Source of the DNA: Eledone cirrhosa | Taxonomy: Eukaryota | Direction of reading: 5' to 3' | NCBI GenBank assembly: GCA_964016885.1 | Contig: OZ024740.1 | Span: 314,526,001 to 314,590,000, forward strand | Length of the DNA stretch: 64,000 bases | Shown here: positions 38,637-51,984 of the stretch, one piece after another | Layout of the letters: each line of letters starts with the position of its first letter | Position numbering within the stretch: position 1 is the stretch's first letter | The notes under the pieces: model-generated | What the model was told of the DNA's origin: nothing | Databases searched by the model: none | What the model saw: only the letters and a program-made list of their open reading frames with translations | Translations under genes and position numbers: made by a program

Positions 38637-38686
38637 TGAAAATATTGGTCATATTTCCAGTTTAAAAATGTATTAATCTTTTTCAG

Positions 38687-38989
38687 GCTTGTCTTCGTGA
38701 TTTGGATTTGAACCTTTTATGTCAACTTTGGAGCCTGAGTGATGCTATACAGGACTATAAATTTACTCTTCAAGACAGACATTCAGAAAGTAATTCTGAA
38801 TGCTCATCAAATTTCTGTTGGACTGATTCTATGGCAAGCTTTGATGACTTTGATTCTACAGATGATCATTTAGCTGATACATGTTCTATTGGTAGAAGTG
38901 ACTCTTTCTGTGGAAGTACTTCAAGTCTATGGCAACAAATCAATGAATTAAAAGAAAAAGCTGAAACTGATTTTAGAATTGAAATATAA
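38687..38989 (+). CDS. FAM89: FAM89-like exon 3 (last coding exon)
   Basis: tttcag|GCT TGT; spliced [30 protein letters not shown] matches the FAM89/LURAP signature [28 protein letters not shown]. Confidence 0.9.
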   Translation, partial: [100 protein letters not shown]

Positions 38990-41713
38990 TATAGTAAATT
39001 TTTTGGTAGTTATTGAAGACAATGTAACCATCATAATAGAAATATTTTCAATATAGTAAAGCTCTCTTTAAATAATATTAATTCTCTATTGGAAAAAAGA
39101 ATGTTATAGAAATAACTTTATTAATATTTAAAAACAAAAAAGGAAGGGAATGTCAAGGGCTCTAGGGTCACAGAAGAATGGGAGTGGGGATGGGCTCTGT
39201 TGGTAGTCAATTCAAACAAAATTTAAAAACATTTGACATAAAAAAGCAAAACCATTTTTTGTTAATGCATCAACATGCTATTGAAAAAGTAGTTACTTTA
39301 TTAAAATGTTGACATAGTAATTTGGTATTTTAAATACAAGACATCAGATTTTTAGTTTATTCATTTTTATGACCCAATCAAGAGATGAGAGAAGGAATGT
39401 TAGGGATATTGATGGAGGCTTGTATGAGTTTTAGGTTATTGAAGGAGACTGCTGGTGGACTCTTGTGGGAATTCTTTGAGATCTTTCCTTTCTCTATGAG
39501 GTTGTGATCATGAAGATTCTTCTTACATTACTTCTCCAATTCTTTCAGTAAGTTCTTCAGTGTAGAATATCCTTTGCTTATAGAATTCCAACAGGAATTG
39601 TAGAAAGAGCAGCTTGTTGGTTTGGTGTATTATTTGGTATGTTGGAGTTAAAAGATTTCTTCTGGCCTAAAATACACCCACTAACAGGGATCCACATGTT
39701 ACAATATGTTTATCGCTGTAGAGTATGGGCACTTTTCTACATAACCTATTGCAGATATGTAAGGAATGTAAGATTTGGGTCAATCCAGCGTGTTTCCTTT
39801 GGTACAGAAGCAAATGAGGTCATTGGCAACAGTGTCATCATATATGAAATCTTTCAAAGTAATTACATCTGTGATCTTGGCTAAACAATCCAAACTCATT
39901 AGGGCAGCACAGTATTTTTACATTGTAAAGGGATTGCCAACCCTGAAAATGGTATATTGATGATTGTGAAATTTATCGTAAGCCACAAATATTGCTGTGG
40001 TTTCTGCCTCAGTGATCCATCCCATTACATTTTCAACTAGAATTGCAAAGGACAGGTTGGGAATGCAGGGAAGTTTTTGAGACCCCATTTGAGGCCCTAG
40101 TGTAGCAATATAACCCACATACTGAGCATATTTTGTGAACCAATGCAGCTGCCCAGCACAAAATAATGCATATATCATGCTAGACATGAGTCCCTTATTA
40201 AGACTGACGGATGCCTGTTTGACATCCCAATTAATGGCAGTATCATACTGAGTTACATTAATTAAATCTGCTGGTTAACATTTACCTCTATCGAGTTGAC
40301 TGCAGTTAATTTGTAATAATTCCCAAGGTTTATTAAACTCATCTTTATATTGTGACAACCCATCAACTAGTAATCGAAGTACCACAGATTTATCAATTCT
40401 GTTGCAAGAGAGAACTTTGCAAAACCAACTGTAGTAGCCCCTAAGCAAGATGGTTGGATAACATCCATGAGCTCGGCTGGTCTCACTTGGGGATTGAGCT
40501 GGATCAATTGGAGACAGTTGCTTTTGACAAATCCTGCTGGAAGGTGTGCTTGAGGACCCTGACCACATGACCTTCCCTGGAATAAGTGAACAAAGAAGGA
40601 GACTGTTAATTGAATCTAATTTGAGCAGAATCTTTCTGTCCCCTGCACTTCAAAACGCTCCTTACTTGTCAAATTAGTTATAATGAAACTCATGGCAGCT
40701 TTCATGGTATTAAACAGCTAAGAGACCTTCCTTCCTCAGATACACTTTTTTTTTATCACACCTTACATATGAGGGAATTTGAACACACTGTCAGGTAACA
40801 AGGCTCATGTTAGTTCAATGCTGTCAACTTTGATACCTATTTACAGCTTGTGAACTGTTTGTGACAAAAGTATGTAACAAAACTGTTAACATGATTTTAA
40901 CTGTCATCATGCCAGCTAACATAGTTCCATGTTAGACACTCTGCCAGATACATCCATCTATTATAGATGAAATAACCACCAGTAAATATAATACTGAAGA
41001 TTGAGTTGCTCATCTTCATCATCACAGATTAATGTCCATTTTTTCACGCTAGCATGGGTTAGAGTTGTCCTGTTGTGAGATAGGCCAAGTCAGGTGACCA
41101 TGTCTTACTCATACAGAATTGATTTTGGCTTGGTTTCTACAGTTGGATACCCTTCCTAATGCCACCCACATTTACTGGGTGCTTTTGGTCATGACACCTA
41201 CACAACCACTTTAGTGTGGTCCGGGCACTTTTATTGAGTTGTCATCACAACCACTTTACACTTTGGTTGATGTGTGTGGGGTTTGGGGTGGTGGTTATTT
41301 GGGCATGTGTGAGGGGTGGAGTGTTAGGGCGTGGGAGGTAAGTGAAAGGAGGTAGGCTGGAGCACATTAGATGTACGCTTCAGCCTGTACTCATAGATGT
41401 ATGGAAGAGTGGGGTGGGGTGTAGGTGGTGTATACTATATTTATGTATCTATGATATTTAATCCTTACCAAAACAGCTTCAGATACTGACAGAAATACGT
41501 TTAAATGAATAATATCCAAGACTCTTGATGTCCTAAAATGGCATCCTACTTCTAAACACTTTGCTATACTTAAATCTTATATATATTTTTTAGATCTGAT
41601 TTGATATATTATTTTATCTCAATCTTACACTTCCATCTTCAAAATCAGCTTTTATATTTCTGCTGACTAAAAAAAGTGAGGCATCCTACCTCTAGATACT
41701 TTACTATACTTGT

Positions 41714-41910
41714 TTAACCCTTTATATTATTCTGTATATACTATTGTATTTTCACAGTAAAGGCTTTATCTTATATAATATCGAATCTGAGATTTTGATA
41801 TTCTTTATTTTGGGAAGAATACCTTAAAATTAGTATCAGTGACCAGTTACTACCGGTTTGAATAGAAAGAGGTGAGAGAATTCTGGCTGGTTTAAATGCT
41901 AAAGGGTTAA
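41714..41910. mobile_element. piggyBac-like MITE
   Basis: ttaacccttt...aaagggttaa. Confidence 0.8.
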
Positions 41911-42230
41911 GATATAAATGTAATTTAAGTTTTATATATTTTTCAGATCTGATTTTATATTTTATCTCATCTCATCTCAATCAATACCTTATACTTCCAT
42001 GTTGAAAATCGACGTTTATATTTCTGGTGACTGGGAAAAAAAAAAAAAAAAGAAAAAAAAATCAAATCAAATCAAGTGAAGAAATTGTACCCCACCCTTC
42101 TTAAAGAGATCTTTATAACTAAAATGGCTAAGAAAATGTTGCCTCTGTAATAATCAGTCAACTTTATACCTCTGTCTCAGTCATTTGTATGATTGTTTTT
42201 ATTATCTTAGTGCTGGATGCAGCTATGAAG

Positions 42231-42423
42231 TACAAGGGTCAGCTGAAAGGTTTATAGGCTAACTATGAAGGAGTGATACTAGTGCTGTGAAATCTTGCAT
42301 GCATTAATTTCAACTCTTAATAACTGCATTGTTTCTTTCCATGGAATATGTTGAAAAATAAAATTCATTTGGTCATTCCATGAGAGTATTCTGGTCAGCC
42401 TATGAACTTTTCAGGTGGTACTG
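42231..42423. mobile_element. Tc1/mariner-type MITE (single-unit relative of 2563-2902)
   Basis: Reverse-oriented match to 2563-2902. Confidence 0.7.
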
Positions 42424-43084
42424 ATATTAATTTTCTCTTTCCAAATCTAAATCATCCTAGCTGGATAACTTTGTTTTTCATCTCTTTTGAGATTTGATTA
42501 AATAAGTACCGTTAATATTGTTGAGGTTATTCAACTATGATTCTAATCCTGTAAAATAATATAACTGGCCATATGATTAATAAAGAAATCAATATATGTA
42601 TTGTTAAGGTACAAAGATAAGCAATATCATATATGAAAAGAACACTGATTTGTGTTTGAGATATGTTATTGTTTTTAACTTCATTGGCATTTTGAAATGA
42701 GAGTTCTCTTCATCTGTTTTCATGTTACCATGGTGTTTATTAGTTGGAATGATTCATTTTACTGTTATATTCTGGTAAGTAGTAGTGATGCCATGTATAA
42801 TGCATCCTGTACACTCTGTAAAGTGGTTGCTGTTAGAAAGACCATCCTACCAATATGGAACATATGACTAAGATGGGTCGATCCAACCTGTCTGGTCTTG
42901 TAACATGGACTTTGATGGAATACCTTTGGTCATAGGGCTGTCCCTAGATCAACGGGAGACTTGAAATAATAAATCTCTTTAAAGATTATCTGCTGAGAAC
43001 ACTTAAAACAAGACCTACAATGGAGAGTTCAAAAGGTAGGTAGAGCCTTCAGTATAATATGGCAAGTTATTGGAAAGGGTTGCT

Positions 43085-44000
43085 GAACCCTTTAGCATTC
43101 ACATTATTCTATATCATCATCAACGTTTAACGTCCGTGTTCCACGCTTGCATGGGTTTGGACGGAGGTTTTCCCACTTGAGGCAAGAGTGATTGTCTTGC
43201 TCGCATAGGACTGTCTGGCAGGTTTTCTACAGTTGGATGCCCTTCCTAACACCAACCACATTTACAGTGTGGGGCTGGGAGGTTTTTACCGTGTTGCCTA
43301 CGCGGCCACATTACAGCGTGGACTGTTTTTTTTTGTCGTGACACCTACACGATCTCATTTGTTTCGGCCTGGATGTTGTAGCACCAACATAACTTTACAT
43401 TGAAAGGGGCGGTGTGGATGGGGTGGTGGGACGGGGGTGTGTTTTGTTAAAGATGCCTACTGACTGTAGTAGGTTTTACTTTGTATTTAGGTAAGGCGGG
43501 TTTTCTCTATTACTGAGTACTGCCAAAGGTCTGTCCAGTGACATTGTCTTGGAGAGGTGTAAGCGTGTGAGGTCGGAATTTATGTCGTCCCAGGTTTTTC
43601 TGGGTCTGCCTACTCCGTGGCTACCGTCTATTTTTATTGCCCTGCACTTTGTTATACAGCTGTCGTCTTTCATGCGCATCACGTGACCATACGAACATAG
43701 CCTTCTCTCGAGTAAACAACATCTGATCCCCTCTTATTTCTAATTTTTTCCTTAGTTCGTTTATGCTTAGCCATTAACTTATATTACTATTACACATCCA
43801 GCGGAGCATGCAAGCTTCGTATATATACTATTGTATTCTCACAGAAAAAGCTTTACCTCAATTATTTCACATGATATTGATATTTATTTTGAGAACAATA
43901 CCTTAAAGTCAGTATGAAGGGCCAGTTATGGCCGGTTTGTACAGAAAGATGTGAGAGAATTCTGGCCAGATATGGCCAGTTTAAATGCTAAAAGGTTAAG
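43085..44000. mobile_element. piggyBac-like MITE split by an RTE LINE 3' fragment (43113-43820, minus strand)
   Basis: MITE left end at ~43087, resumes ~43821; insert encodes GHVMRMKDDSCITKCRAIKIDGSHGVGRPRKTW and ends in an (ATG)n tail. Confidence 0.8.
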
Positions 44001-44139
44001 GTCATTATAAAAAAAAAAAAAAACCCACCACCACCAATGTAATTGTAAATAGTTATAATGGAGATGTAATAATGTATATGCATGAGAGGTGATCATTTAA
44101 CTTCCATTTTCCTGTTAGTCTATGAAAACCCATCCAGTC

Positions 44140-44341
44140 CTTGCTAAGCATTTAAACCGGTTGTATCCAGCCAGATTTCTCTCACCTCTTTCTATTCAAA
44201 CTGGTCGTAACCGTCCACTAATACGTTAAGGTATTCTCAAAATAAGTAATATCAATTTCGTAGATTCAGTATTGTGAAATAAAGACTTTATATTTACTAT
44301 TGTATTTTCATGGTAGAGTAATGCAAATGTTAAAGGGTTAA
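44140..44341. mobile_element. piggyBac-like MITE (reverse orientation)
   Basis: Family internal sequence, right aaagggttaa. Confidence 0.75.
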
Positions 44342-46263
44342 AGGTTAATATACTTCAATGTTAGTTTGCAGCCTTGCATTGGCATGTGAGCTATGAAGAT
44401 TTGTTTTTAAGTAGATTATTTTAATCTAAGTTAAATCACTGCTTCAGGGTAGACAGTCGCATTTAAGTGACAACATAAGGAGCATGAAACAAATTTAGCA
44501 ACCTGCTGTCTTTGTGATAAAAGGATCTGTTAATATAGCTTGCTGTGCTACATGATATAATACCAGGAATCTATGGCAGTGTGGTGGTTTGAGTTGAATA
44601 AGCATCATGTAATTTAGTGAATACATGTCCGACTTCAAATGTAGTAAGAAAGGAATGTAAGTGTTGTAGTTAAAACCTGGATAACAAAGACTCCAATTTT
44701 TGTTTATGTCATTAAGTTGAAAATTTCCTCTTGTATGTTGCAAGTAGATTTATGCTGAATAAAAAAATTCATCTCAGTTCTGGAAGCCAATAAGATACTT
44801 ATTCCACTGTTTATTGCAGCAGTGTTTTATACTACCTCTATTTCCTTTTTTAATATGGTAAGGATTGTCACAATTAAAGCACATTTAATTGTAGGTCTTG
44901 CCTGGAGCTAAACAATTACCACCTGTTTTTCGTACTTGGTGAACTAAACCATTAAGAACTGTGTTGTGACCATGGACACATTACAGTATTGACAATATAT
45001 GAACCACTGATTCATTCACCAATATCCTGGTAGATTCAATGAAGTATCAGACAAACTGTTTTTCTATATACATTCCAAGATGTGGCATGAACCATATTTG
45101 CTACTTTTAGATTAAGTATTACAGCTTGAGAGTTCATTTAGAGAAATAAATTAAATATCTTTTGAATTTTAACATACACAAGTAAATATACAATCTAGAG
45201 AAAAATCTCATTGGAAATATTTTTGCTATTGTTAGTAAAATATATAGAATGAAAGCAAGGTAAATGAAACAACTGTTGTGTTTCTTTTTATATCTTACTG
45301 TAATGAGAAGCAGTAATAGTACTCATATCATTGCAAGTGTTCCTAAACTACAAAAGATAGGCAACTAGGTGAGGTTAATGTTTCATTACTTCTTTCCCAG
45401 TTATTCTTGATGAGGGGTCATAGGGGCAGAGTCCTCAAACACTCCTTTCAGCAGGTCATGTCAGAAGCAACCATCTCCAATTGATCCAGAACTGATATTA
45501 TGGCCCATGTGGTTAGAATGTCTCAAAAAAATTTGACAAATTTTACTGGTAAAACCAACTGGCAGGAGACCCATAGCAAGATGGTTAACATCCATGAGCT
45601 CAGCTGGTCCCATTTGTGTTTCAATACTGCATTTGTATTTTATAATTTTACAGTCAAGCTTCGCAAATGTTATATTTATAACGATCAATTAAATTGCACA
45701 AATTATCTTTTCAGATTTGCAATGAACTGAAATACTTTGGTTTAATGTTAGAACTTATTAGAAAGTCACTATTCTGTGAATTTCAAAATGGTGCCAAATC
45801 TATGAGTTCAATTCCATTGAGATTAGTTTATATTTCAATAGCGATTTGGAAAAAAAAAGCTTGTTTTACCGATTGAAGCTGTGTATACAGACAAGTGAAA
45901 TTAAAGTTAATGAGTTATTCATATAGACACACATCTGCCAAAATATAGTTTTCCAGGATTTCACATCTTGGTATATCTTTATGATCTTTCTGGAACACTT
46001 AATCTCTTGTGGAGAGGGTATATAAATAGCCTTTAATATATGAAGAGTATAAAATATACTTCAAAGAAAAAATTATCAAATATATAAAAACATTTATTTA
46101 CTGCTTTAGAACACAAGATTAAAAAGTAAGGATAGGTATTCAGTAAATTTTTCTAATTATACCCGTCTCTGAAACCAGGGTTATGGAGTTCTCTGGTGAG
46201 GAACCACAGAAAATGTGTAATTGTTGGAAGGCCATATTCATTCAAAATATCAAAATTTATCAA

Positions 46264-46472
46264 TTAACCCTTTAGCATTTAAACTGGCCAGAATTCTCTC
46301 ACCTCTTTCTGTTCAAACTGGTTGCTCATACTGACATTAAGGTATTGTTCTCAGAATAAATAACATTAAAATCTCAAGATACATCATTATCTTATATAAT
46401 GTAAGATAAAGCCTTTACCACAAAAGTACATTACTATATATATATATATATATGTAAATGCTAAAGGGTTAA
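46264..46472. mobile_element. piggyBac-like MITE
   Basis: TTAA|CCC...GGG|TTAA. Confidence 0.85.
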
Positions 46473-46479
46473 CCATCCT

Positions 46480-49400
46480 TAACATTTTTTTTTTAACTAT
46501 TACATCAAGACAAGTGTAATAATAAAAAAAAAAAAATAGCAGGTAAAGTGGCAACAAAATGTTAACATACCTAAATGATATATCATAACATTTTAATTAT
46601 CAGGTGAATATATTTAAGAGAAACCCATTTGCTAGTTCTAAAACACTGAAATTATCTAGGAAAAAATGTTGACTTCACAACTAATCCAGGAGAGAACTGA
46701 ATAAAAACTGTTGCCAAGAAAATGTGATGCTGTAAATTGCTTGACAATTTAAAAGAAATTGATAAACAACAAAGACTACATACAGCAAGCAGCACATTCT
46801 CTTCCTTCAAGCACTGCTGGAATAGACCCATCCAGCCCATATAAATAAACTAAATATATATATATATTAAAATTGTGTCTATAGTCAATGTAACATTTCA
46901 TCACTTCCAATGGAAAGACATTTTTTTTAAAAATAAACATTAAGAAAGAAAAAAAAAAATGTAAAATTGAATAAATGAAAGAACAAGTGTAATATATTCC
47001 TCACCAAATTTTATTTTCACCTGTTTCATAGAAAACTCTATATCCAAATAGTTTTGCTATTTTACAGCCTCTTCAGAGTAAGTTTCACATCACACATACA
47101 ATGAAAAAAGTTTGTAATACACATTGCACCAATACATAAAAATCAGGTGATTGTTTCCATTTTCTAGAAATGTATATGCATTCTTTTCTTCCATACTATT
47201 TGTCTGATAGCAAATTGAAGTGATGGTGAAGGAAAAGAAATGATTTTTTTTTTACTATGAGGAAATGATAGTGTGTACACAAAACCCAGTTTGAACAGAC
47301 ATGAAATTCAATAATACATTATTGCTGTCATGAGGTTAATAAAAAAATAAACAAAAAAAAAAAATAAAATAAAAGAAACTATTGAATAATTCAGTTTCAT
47401 TAAAAAAATTAACACAAATTACCAGTTGACAATATTTATTGGATCAAATAACCAATAATACTGTCACAATTTCACTACACTCACTTAAACACTAATCAGA
47501 TATCAGAGTTTTCTTACCCACCTCCCAAACAATTATGGACCATCAGCAGTTGAAGGTATTAAGCAGAACTAAAGTTCATACTCATTAAGGTTAAGAACGA
47601 ACTACAGTTAGGATGTTAATACAAAAGATTCTGTCAAACCAGTCATCTTGCAGATATTGCCCAATTTCATAAATTTCTTTCATAACCTATTCACATAAGC
47701 TATGAGCTCTTTGAAATAAGATAGCAACAAATTTGGTTAACTCTTTTCATGCATGTTATCAATGGCTCACACTAGAAATTATATCCAATAAGGAATATTA
47801 TTTCATAATACAGGTAAATCACATTTCTAACTTTTCTTTAAAAAATAGTTATGGATTGGAATTTTGAGAAAAGTTGTTATTAATGAAAGTACTGTAGTTT
47901 AATAATTCCATTTTTGGAACATTAAATGCCTCCAGTATTAATTCAATATTACCATCTGAATCTTATAGAACTTTCCAATGTATAATTTTAAAACTGTATT
48001 TTTTACTATTAAGATAACTAATATTTGTACTTCAAGGAACAAAAAGCACAAAAGTGTTATTCAAAATGCTTCTTTATATTTGGACCTTAACCAAGGTTAA
48101 AAAGAATAAAATTGAGTGGAAGTAGTATAACAAAAGACTTCTCTTAAACTCTCCAAAGCGCAATATATATATATAGAAACTAATATATTAATAGATGTCT
48201 CCTGATATACTTTTATTACACAAGTTTAGGGTATATATAATTCTATGTTAGAAAAAGCTTATTTTTGACATGTGTCACTTTGATTAATCCGTTTCTGTAC
48301 ACTGGATTGCTAGAAATACGTTCAAACACTAATTAGTCTAGATAAAATGAAACAGACGTTCTAATTTAGTTGAACATGATTGCTGTTTATCTAATAAATA
48401 CGTCCATAAAAATAACTACCAGCATCTCACATCATTTGAATCTAGATTGTCTTAACAGTAAACAGGCTTCAGAAGAAATAGTTAAAAAGGTGAAGGTTCT
48501 TTATAGAAATTACCAGAGATTCATTTTACGTTGTGTAACTTCGTAAAAAAATGAGAATAACTTCTCCAAAGCATGTATATCCTAAATAGATTAACAAATA
48601 CTTTTACTCTAGAAATACTGCTTGAGGTGGAATTTAAAATAACTGTCAAATAAGAAATCTGAGCAACATGTCATTTCTATCAAATATTAAACCTCCTGCC
48701 CTATTAACCAGATAATATCTAAGATGCCTGCTACAATCTATATTAAAAACAGAAATTAAAAAAAGAGAATTGCTTATTTTATATTTTTAAAACATTTTAT
48801 TTAACAGAGATCTATTACAAGACGACCTACATGGCCTTGTGATTGAATGCGATCGTGTAACTATAGAAAAAAAATACTGAAGTTTCCCCAGTTGGAAACA
48901 AGTTAGACACCAATTCAGCAATGGTAGATTGAAAACGAATTTTTTTTTTTTACTTGAATATAGAAAAAAAGATAACTGATGAGAGAGGTGAGTAACAGGT
49001 ATACAGCAGTTGGAGAAATCACTGCAAGCTAAATCAAACTGCAGTGTTAGTTTAATTACATTATATATATATATAAATACACATATATATATGTATATAT
49101 ATATGTATACTTTTTTTCATTATTGAATATAAGGCCATTTTGTAAGGGAAGAAAGGGGAAATTGAGGAGAAAAAAATTATATTTTTATGATTTGTATTTG
49201 CTAAAAATAGCTATCTATGATGTGTCATGGATGAATGCTACAGAATTTAGAGAGGAAATGTTTTTCTACAGACTTCTGTACAGGTTACAGCAGAATATCA
49301 ATTAGCAGATCCAATCAAAGACCAGTACACTGATGAAAGAATATAATCCAATAAAACCACACCAAAAGATTCAATGCAATTTTATAAATGTAAAAACGGT

Positions 49401-50193
49401 GAACTAAAATTATTCAAAAGGACAGAAATTGCAATGAATAGTAGCTTAATGATAGGGTTGTTTTTTTATTTAAAAAAAAAAAGGTCAATGAAAGCACATG
49501 CAGTGTAGTAATAGAGAAAAGAATGTAACCCATCATTAGCTAATATTGGTCTACTTCTATTGGATTTATAACCAAGTGCACTAATTTTTGGTACCAAGAT
49601 TCACATGACAAATAGGTTTAAAAAATGTTTAACAAAACAGCAGTTTCTTCAAAAATGTTAAAATATAAAAATGCAATGTCTGTAAAAACAAAAATGTCTA
49701 AAAAAAGAAAAATAGGTGTGTGCATTTATATTATGTATATTTTTTAATGTATGTATATATATATATATATATATACATCAGATTCCTTTTATAGTTAAAA
49801 GTCTGTTGAATAAAGAAATGGGAAGCAAGGGGTTAAAGAGTGTGTATGCAATATATACAATATAAAATTATATAATATATATATGTTGCACACTTAGATT
49901 GGCCTTCATAAAAATAATGTTCAGATTATGCAACAGAATGAGTAAAGCAGCCTATCTTCACCAACTTCCCTGTTGCACTTCGGTTACCACCATGTCTACC
50001 AAAGAGTACCTGATAAGATTAGTCCCTTATCTTGCGTATAAGATACATAAGAAGCCTTGTTTGCATAAAAACATGAGAATTAAATTCAACTTAGGCCAAT
50101 AAGGGCCCAGATTTACAAACACACCAGATGCAGTAGGTCTATACAACATATATAAGCTTCAGTCCTAGCCACCTGCTGCTATTGACACCTTCT
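46480..50193 (-). other. Putative long 3' UTR of the Pro-rich gene
   Basis: About 3.7 kb with no recognisable transposon, U-rich on minus strand, several AATAAA (e.g. ~47435). Confidence 0.5.
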
Positions 50194-50733
50194 TTAATAT
50201 GGTGGCCCAAAAGGAGGAGCACCAGGGTATGTAGGATTTGTGCCAAGTGTACTTGGGTATGCCATTGGTGGCATGGTGTAGGCTCTAGGTTGAACACTTT
50301 GGAGAGGACTATAACCCCCACTTCCTGTATACAACTGGCTACTGACCGGCAATCCTGGGTATGGTGCACTACTTCCTGGCAACTGAGTTGGTGGGAAGTT
50401 TGTAGTAGGATATTGGGCGGTAGGATAACCTGGAGTCGTCGATGGGATGGAAGGAAGAGAAGAGTAGCCAACAGAATGAAATGCCCCAGGTGCAGGAGAT
50501 GAAGCATAAGCTGGAGACATTAGTGTATACCCATTACTTGGAGTGTACAATGAGGGCGTAGCAGCACCTGCAGGCATTGCATATTGCTGAGTAGCTGATG
50601 GGAATCTCTGTTGTGGCGTTGCTGCAGGTGGCATTCCAGCAGGTTGAGAGGGAGCATAACTGGCTGTAGGAAAGGTTCCAGCAGGATAAAGTCCTGGCTT
50701 TTCACTTGGCTGTATATTATTGTAAAAACTCAT
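50194..50733 (-). CDS. 179-aa Pro/Tyr/Ala/Ser-rich low-complexity protein, possibly FAM168 (MANI/TCRP1)-like
   Basis: GC-elevated ORF MSFYNNIQPSEKPGLYPAGTFP...GTNPTYPGAPPFGPPY*; ATG lies 6 nt after a polypyrimidine-ttccag acceptor (50741-50740). Confidence 0.85.
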   Translation of the reverse strand: MSFYNNIQPSEKPGLYPAGTFPTASYAPSQPAGMPPAATPQQRFPSATQQYAMPAGAATPSLYTPSNGYTLMSPAYASSPAPGAFHSVGYSSLPSIPSTTPGYPTAQYPTTNFPPTQLPGSSAPYPGLPVSSQLYTGSGGYSPLQSVQPRAYTMPPMAYPSTLGTNPTYPGAPPFGPPY

Positions 50734-51930
50734 GTTTCTCTGGAATAAAACAAAAAAGAAAGAAAAAACTGTAGAAACTAATAACATTGTAAATCAACAG
50801 ACCATGCATATAGACAATACAACTAAATTTCTTTTTTGGAAAATTTCAGAATAAAACAAAGGAATGATGTTAAATAATTACAAGTAGATTAGTCAAAACA
50901 TATTTAACATGTTTCTGACACCTAATTATTTTATATTAAGCTTAACAAAATAAGTTAAACTCAATGTTTAGTGTATAAGTGGACAAAAACTAATTCAAAC
51001 AATGCTACAGTGAAAAAAAATATAATTTATAATACAAGAAGAACAAAGTCAAATTAATAAAACTCCTACAGCATTGATGGTTAATCTACAGCTGACTGGA
51101 TGGATAAAAAAAAACAAAAAAACATCACTTCAAGCTCAGAATTAATATCCACACAAATATAAATAAAATACAGACTGAAATTAGCCCGAATCAAAATCTG
51201 TTCATTATCTGAAATCATTCCAAAAAAGCTTTACACGTAAAACATGAAATACAAACCTGACCAGCACCACACTACTCTTTATTTAACTCTCACTAAGATC
51301 CCAGCCCCCCAACATTTAATACAAATCTAGTTTCATTGACAATAAAGGTTATCTGAAGTCTCCTTAACTAACCTGTTTACTCTTGTGAACTGCAAAATCA
51401 TCACCACGAGCCTGCTGCATCACTAAAGAACAGCTTACAACTCTGTTGAGTTGGATTTAAAGGGATCTGAAAAATTATCCTCAAATTTTACTTTTTTGTT
51501 ACAGACTTCTAACAACATAATAACATACTGAGACTCAATCGTACTTTACCCAAATAAAAAGCAGATGAGGTTGAAAAATCCAGTTAAGTTTGTTATTCTT
51601 TGAAGAGCAGGCTGGGACAATACAAATAATTATAAACATCAAATTCTCACACATACATGCACACGGTCTTATTTACAATTAAAACCCTAATGGAAAATAA
51701 AATTTATCAACTAGATTTCGACTAGTATACATTTTGTATTCGAGGAAGTATTTAATAAGACAATGAAACAATATGAAAGCAACATTGAAAATAGAGCTAA
51801 TCAACAGAATATACTAGTCACTAGACATCCTACTAATTCATAGCATAACAAAATCATACAAACCAACAAGCTGCAAAATCCCTCGTAAACGACCTGGACA
51901 TCATATATGGCTTTCAAGTGCTAATCACTA

Positions 51931-51984
51931 ATGCAATAGGAAATATTTGTAAGCATATATGCTTACAAATATTTCCTATTGCAT
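51931..51984. repeat. Perfect 54-bp palindrome with no spacer
   Basis: atgcaataggaaatatttgtaagcata|tatgcttacaaatatttcctattgcat. Confidence 0.95.

Noticed and set aside
50139-50507. Overlapping alternative-frame and antisense ORFs over the Pro-rich CDS
   Set aside because: Expected shadow ORFs of a GC-richer low-complexity coding region; no independent support
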